Program-made: the position numbers and the translations under genes
Shown: piece after piece, positions 55,788 to 60,289 of the stretch
Layout: each line of letters opens with the position of its first letter
Numbering within the stretch: position 1 is the first letter of the stretch
Notes under the pieces: model-generated
What the model saw: only the letters and a program-made list of their open reading frames with translations
Databases searched by the model: none
Told to the model about the DNA's origin: nothing
From: a virus
Strand: one strand, 5' to 3'
Virus record (IMG/VR): IMGVR_UViG_3300045963_000139
DNA: 60,289 nucleotides

Positions 55788-57898
55788 GCTGCTTTCCCTG
55801 TGGTTTGGTTGCTGACGGTGTTAGCGTCCTGCCCGCCTTTCGGAGCCCCACCGGGAAACGTCGGGGCGGGTGCTGGTGCGCCGGGTGCGCCACCTTTGGA
55901 GATCACCACGTTGCGCGGGGCATTAGCTTGCTGCTGCGCTTGCATCTGGGCCTGCTGCTGAGCTTCTTGCTGCGCCTTTTGCTCTTCCTGCATCTGTTCC
56001 AGCTTTTCTTTGCTAGGGATGATGTCGTCCACCGGCATGTTGAGCCCCTTGGCCACTTCGCGCAAGATTGCCGCGCGCCCGGGGATGCCAACGATCTGCA
56101 TGTCGGCCGGATTCGCTGTGGCTTGCAGAAACTCCATGCGGCGCACGTTTTCCTGTTCCTTGGTGGCCAACTGGATGGCACCCTTGGGCTCGACTTGCGA
56201 GTCGCCCTTGATGGTGTCGTCATCCACATAGCGCATGTTCCAGTCGTACTGGGCGCGCACGGCCTTGCCGATCACATCCATGTCCAGATGCATGATGACT
56301 TGGCGGATACCCTTACCGGCTGAGCCCATCAGCATGGACAGGCCCGACGCGGTGCGACCGGCACCAGCCACGTTCATGTCGCCGTAGACGTACGCCGGAA
56401 TGCCTGACTGGTCGTCGGCGAGCTTGGTGAAGTGGGTGTACACCATCATCAGCTCTTGCGCATTGCTTTGCGGCTGGTTAAAGCGGATGGCGGGCTGGCC
56501 AGAGCCCAGCGGGTCGTTGGTGACTTGGAAAATGCGCCACGGGGTGAGCGTGGTAATTTCTTCGTCCTGTGGCATGCGGTCGATGTTGATTTCCACCATG
56601 GGGCCAGAGGCCAGTCCCATGTTGTTGACCAACGAGCGGGCTGCCGCGTTGCACATATTCTGGATGTCTTCGATCAGCTCGGGGATACCGGTGCCCCAGA
56701 ACGCGCCGGGGCGCTTGACGAACGAAGACGTGTAGTAGTTGTTGCGACCCAGCGGGTCGTAGTTCATAGTGGCCTTGATGACCCAGCGGTCGATCAGCCA
56801 CGCATTGCAGTCGTATTCTTTGTCCGGGTCAGGCACTTCATCTGAAGTCATGCCCCACTCAATTAGTTTGCTGCCGGGGACCTTGCCGGTGAACTCCAGA
56901 GCATCCACACTGGCCGTGGGCCGGTCCCAGATGTTGTACTTCTGCTCCAGCGTGGACTTCATCTGCTCGTTCGGATTGAGCCATGTGCCAGCGCTGCTGG
57001 CGGGCATGTTCTCCAAGACGTGGCTGATGGCGGCATCGTCGTACCCGGGCAGGCCTTTGAGGGCTGCAAGGTCTGGGCGGCTGAGCCGGTGGTGCTCAAA
57101 CATGAAGCCTTCGTTGATGTCGGTGACACCCGGCTCCGGGTAGATGCGGTACGGGTCCACGCGGGTGTACGTCGGTACCAGTTCTTCGGTCACATCAGGC
57201 GCGTACTTGCCGTCAGGCCCCTGCACCCACGCCATGCGGCGTTGCTTGCGTACGGTGGGTCCTTTGAGGAAGGCGTTGGGGTATGTGGCCAAGTCGGAAA
57301 TAAACGCGTTGAAGCCCTCGATCATGCCGCCTTCGGCAAACTGGTCTTCGATCTTGGTCTGCATGTTGCCCGCAGTCTCTTGGGCTTCTTCCATGACCTC
57401 GTTGCGAATTTCCTGCTTCGCAAGGTCCTTCATGTCGTCCTGCGTGTCCGGGTCCAGCGGCTGGCCCGACTGCATGGCTTGCATCACCTTCTGGCCGAAC
57501 CGCTCAGTGATTTGCTGCTGCAGGTCCGGGTTGATGCTGGGCTGGGGTGTGGGTGACACCAGAAACGGAATTTTGCCGTCTTCCAGCAGGATGTCGCGTA
57601 GCCATGACTCAGCGCCACGGCATTTTGTCTCGGTGACCATCATGTACACCTGAGAGCCGCCTTGGGCTGCGATGGCCTTGGCGATGTCTGTCTCGTACTC
57701 GCCGTTGCGCTGGCGCAAGGCTTTGAACATTTTGCGCTCTATGGGCAGCTTGGCGCGTTTAGCGGGCTCCCATAGAGCTTTCAGGTGGGCTGCCAGCCCG
57801 AGAATGAGAGGGTCGTTCTGACGCTCCTGCGCCGACTGCTCTGCCTGCTGGCGAGCGTCGAGCTGCGCATTGTTCTCGATGCGGACGAGCCCTGCCAT
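55784..57898 (-). CDS. Putative portal protein
   Basis: 704-aa ORF, the first large gene after terL. Q/E-rich C-terminal tail. Assignment by size and position. Confidence 0.7.
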   Translation of the reverse strand: MAGLVRIENNAQLDARQQAEQSAQERQNDPLILGLAAHLKALWEPAKRAKLPIERKMFKALRQRNGEYETDIAKAIAAQGGSQVYMMVTETKCRGAESWLRDILLEDGKIPFLVSPTPQPSINPDLQQQITERFGQKVMQAMQSGQPLDPDTQDDMKDLAKQEIRNEVMEEAQETAGNMQTKIEDQFAEGGMIEGFNAFISDLATYPNAFLKGPTVRKQRRMAWVQGPDGKYAPDVTEELVPTYTRVDPYRIYPEPGVTDINEGFMFEHHRLSRPDLAALKGLPGYDDAAISHVLENMPASSAGTWLNPNEQMKSTLEQKYNIWDRPTASVDALEFTGKVPGSKLIEWGMTSDEVPDPDKEYDCNAWLIDRWVIKATMNYDPLGRNNYYTSSFVKRPGAFWGTGIPELIEDIQNMCNAAARSLVNNMGLASGPMVEINIDRMPQDEEITTLTPWRIFQVTNDPLGSGQPAIRFNQPQSNAQELMMVYTHFTKLADDQSGIPAYVYGDMNVAGAGRTASGLSMLMGSAGKGIRQVIMHLDMDVIGKAVRAQYDWNMRYVDDDTIKGDSQVEPKGAIQLATKEQENVRRMEFLQATANPADMQIVGIPGRAAILREVAKGLNMPVDDIIPSKEKLEQMQEEQKAQQEAQQQAQMQAQQQANAPRNVVISKGGAPGAPAPAPTFPGGAPKGGQDANTVSNQTTGKAA

Positions 57899-58290
57899 TA
57901 TTTTGTCGTCGCAGCGTATTCGTCACCTTGGGCGTAACCAGAACCACCGGGAGCTTGGTCTGGACCACCGGGGAACGCGCCGTTGAGCGCGTTGCCGCCC
58001 TTTTTTACACCGCCCAAACCCACTGCTTTGCCATCACCGGCAGAAGCTGCGAACGAGTCGCCTTGGTTGTAGCCGCTCGCTGCGTTGGCTGCGCCGGTCG
58101 TGGGGCCAAAATGACCGCCTACCATGGCATTACCACCGGACTTGGGACTACCGGCCATCTGGGGGCTGGAGTCGCCGCGTGCGTGCACGCCAGCGATCTG
58201 GTTGCCTTGGTTGTAGCCGCCAGCGGTAGCTGTGCCGCCCATGCCGCCGACAGAACCGAGGGTCTTGTACTGTTGAGAGTTAGTTTCCAT
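57898..58290 (-). CDS. Gly-rich small protein with three GY(N/A)QG(N/D) repeats
   Basis: ORF trimmed to ATG 58290 behind ggaga. The stop overlaps the portal start (TAATG). Confidence 0.6.
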   Translation of the reverse strand: METNSQQYKTLGSVGGMGGTATAGGYNQGNQIAGVHARGDSSPQMAGSPKSGGNAMVGGHFGPTTGAANAASGYNQGDSFAASAGDGKAVGLGGVKKGGNALNGAFPGGPDQAPGGSGYAQGDEYAATTK

Positions 58291-58336
58291 AAATTTCTCC
58301 AAAAGACCCACGGCGGGTCGGTGACACTATACCAGA

Positions 58337-58957
58337 TCAGGATGGCATTGCGGGGGGTTTGCTACCGAACGGGTTGATGTGGGGGTTGGGCTTTTTCGGA
58401 AACGAGTTTGTCATACCTTTGGCCTGCATGGCGTCGTGCGCCTCTTCGCGCTTGGAGCCCTCGGCACCGAAGGGGTTGCCCGCTGGTTCTTTGTCTTTTG
58501 CAGAGTTCTCGAATCGGTTGGGCGCGCGACCAACAACACCGCCGGTGGCGTACCCGGTCTGCATGGAGTGTGGGCTGACATCAGCGGGATTCGACTGGCC
58601 ACGGTTGATGGATGTCACCATGGAACCGATGGGGTCCACGGATGAGTTTGCCCAGTCCACGGCGTCCTCCCGGCTTTTGCCGGTCAGGGCCTTACCAAAC
58701 TCGGCAGGGACCGGTGTGGTATCGCGGGGCATGGTGGATGGCTTACTGTATGGGGAGGGGGGAGGTGTAGAGTTACCGGTAGCGGATGGGTTAATTTTGC
58801 CGCGACCTCCGCCGATGCCCGGATAACCGCCGGATGATGTACTAGGAGCGGCAGGAGAGTCGTCTGCCTGCGCGGTGGTGTAACTCTTGCCGCCAAACTC
58901 AAAAGTTTTAACGCCGCTTGCGCGGGCTGCCTTAAATGCGTCTCCGAAAGCTGACAT
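58337..58957 (-). CDS. G/P/S-rich low-complexity protein
   Basis: ORF 58337-59050 trimmed to ATG 58957 (RBS ggag), 22 nt after the terL stop. N-terminus MSAFGDAFKAARASGVKTFEFGGKSYTT. Confidence 0.6.
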   Translation of the reverse strand: MSAFGDAFKAARASGVKTFEFGGKSYTTAQADDSPAAPSTSSGGYPGIGGGRGKINPSATGNSTPPPSPYSKPSTMPRDTTPVPAEFGKALTGKSREDAVDWANSSVDPIGSMVTSINRGQSNPADVSPHSMQTGYATGGVVGRAPNRFENSAKDKEPAGNPFGAEGSKREEAHDAMQAKGMTNSFPKKPNPHINPFGSKPPAMPS

Positions 58958-58979
58958 GGTGTGCTCCAAAAATGATAGT

Positions 58980-60289
58980 TTACGTCCAGCCGTAGGCGTT
59001 CGCAACCCGCACTTGGCGGCGCTTGGCTCCGAAGGCTGCCGCTGCTCCACCGGAGTTTATACACAAGCAGCCGTACTGTAAAGCGTCCGAACAGTGGCTC
59101 CATTCGTCCTTCAGGGGCTCGGTTTCGTAGGAGCCGTCTTTCTTGCGCCGGTACTTGTAGCCGCCGTACATCGCTTGGACCAGATGCTTCATGCCGTCGG
59201 ACGTTTCCGGTGCGCTAAAGAGTAGTGCCGCCCCGCCGTTGACTTGGGATGCCAGAAGCTGCTCGACGGCTGCGATGCGTTTAGTGGGGTCGTTTGTGGG
59301 TGCGCGTATCGAGCGCAGCCCCTCGGACTTGAACACGTCCTCGACGTTTTCCTCGCTGAGCTGGCTTTTAGCCCAACCGGCCGGGTCACCGCTGATGAGG
59401 AACTTATTAGCCGCGAATTTGCGGCTGAGCAGCGGTTTGACGTACTCCCGCAGGAATCCTTGCAGTCCGATATTTTCCACGTAGATCGCATCCAGCACCA
59501 GCACGCGCCCGCGCGCATCGCGCTGCAGGAACACCGCCGCTGGCGTGCGCCCGAAGTCCATGCCGATGATGATGGGGTACTGGTCGTACTCGATGTGGCG
59601 CAGCACCGTGGGGGCCACGTGGTATTCCCGCACGAAACTTTTCTCGTATACCGGTTTGCCAACGAGGGAGCGGCCGTATTCGCCGTGCACGTGCACGCGG
59701 ATAAAGTCTTCCGTGGCACCCTCCATCATGTCCTCGTAGTACGTCTCGCCCAGATTTTCCCGGTTCTCTGCCAGCGGCGAGAGGCCCGAGGGCTGCCGAA
59801 AGTGCGCCCACCCGGCCGGTTTAACGACCTCGAACTGCTCGTAGAGCCAACTGTCTTCGGAGGGCGGGTTCGTGTCCATGATGAGCCCGGACCAGTATTT
59901 AGCGGGCTTTCCCGTGCGGGGGTCATCGGCCAGCATGCTTTTTGACGGGTATCGCGTAAGGCGCGACCGCGCGGCAATTATCAGGTCCGGGTGGACTTCC
60001 CGGGCCTCGTTGATAAAAACTCCAGTCAACTCCAGCGACAGGAGTTTGCGCTGGTCGTCCGGGGTGTCCAAGGGCAGGAACAGGATTTCCGCGCGGATGT
60101 CTCCGACGTTTATCAGGAACACTTTGTCGCCCACGCGCCAGTCACCGGCCACACCGTCTGGAAACCAGTTGAACCACGTTTTTAGCGTCGTGTCCCGAAG
60201 CTGCTGGCTGGTGTTTCGGATGACGGCCCAGCGACTGCGGCGCAGCCCGTCCTTGCATTTGGGCATCTCTGCGCAGCGGCGAAACATCT
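58980..60289 (-). CDS. terL: Terminase large subunit, main part. The frame runs off the right window edge and resumes at 242-128.
   Basis: Walker-B-like GVFINEARE. Nuclease motifs IIIGMDFGRTPA, LISGDPAG, HCSDALQYG. The 5' end is open at the window edge. Confidence 0.88.
   Translation of the reverse strand, partial: MFRRCAEMPKCKDGLRRSRWAVIRNTSQQLRDTTLKTWFNWFPDGVAGDWRVGDKVFLINVGDIRAEILFLPLDTPDDQRKLLSLELTGVFINEAREVHPDLIIAARSRLTRYPSKSMLADDPRTGKPAKYWSGLIMDTNPPSEDSWLYEQFEVVKPAGWAHFRQPSGLSPLAENRENLGETYYEDMMEGATEDFIRVHVHGEYGRSLVGKPVYEKSFVREYHVAPTVLRHIEYDQYPIIIGMDFGRTPAAVFLQRDARGRVLVLDAIYVENIGLQGFLREYVKPLLSRKFAANKFLISGDPAGWAKSQLSEENVEDVFKSEGLRSIRAPTNDPTKRIAAVEQLLASQVNGGAALLFSAPETSDGMKHLVQAMYGGYKYRRKKDGSYETEPLKDEWSHCSDALQYGCLCINSGGAAAAFGAKRRQVRVANAYGWT
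60163..60289. repeat. Terminal direct repeat copy 2, identical to 1-127
   Basis: Same 127-nt string as the window start. Confidence 0.95.

Overview
The window is a complete, end-overlapping (circularly closed) genome of a tailed dsDNA phage. Bases 1-127 are identical to 60163-60289, so the unique length is about 60,162 bp, and the large terminase gene is split across the window ends. No tail tube, sheath or tape-measure gene is evident, so the layout looks podovirus-like. I found no integrase, repressor, RNA polymerase, reverse transcriptase, tRNA or CRISPR array. An ORF-free region (821-1538) separates two divergent arms. (1) The rightward early/replication arm (1539-26456) holds about 57 tightly packed genes, most joined by 4-nt ATGA/GTGA start-stop overlaps. 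Recognisable products are a MoxR-type AAA ATPase, a metallopeptidase-VWA protein, family A DNA polymerase, Cas4-like PD-(D/E)XK nuclease, VRR-NUC nuclease, SNF2 helicase, a putative SSB, an AEP primase/SF3 helicase, DUF3310 and NinX-like proteins. It also carries a six-member family of small Cys4 proteins and several micro-ORFs absent from the ORF track. (2) The leftward packaging/structural/lysis arm runs from 820 across the junction down to 26533. In order it encodes TerS, TerL, two Gly-rich proteins, portal, an unusual ten-gene block, scaffold, a P22-type coat protein, connector-like proteins, two paralogous fibre genes, a lysis cassette with an embedded Rz/Rz1 spanin pair, a 778-aa tail protein, three low-complexity proteins and a 2673-aa giant protein. 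The ten-gene block includes a protein with 26 TDGxD repeats (nine of them near-identical 63-bp tandem units) and a poly-Gly protein. The most notable items are this portal-to-scaffold accessory block, the giant polyvalent-type virion protein, the dispersed MoxR/VWA gene set with interleaved Cys4 paralogues, and a cluster of 13-bp inverted-repeat sites beside the most AT-rich segment (candidate origin or operator hub). All functional names come from motifs I could read in the translations plus gene order. No database search was run.
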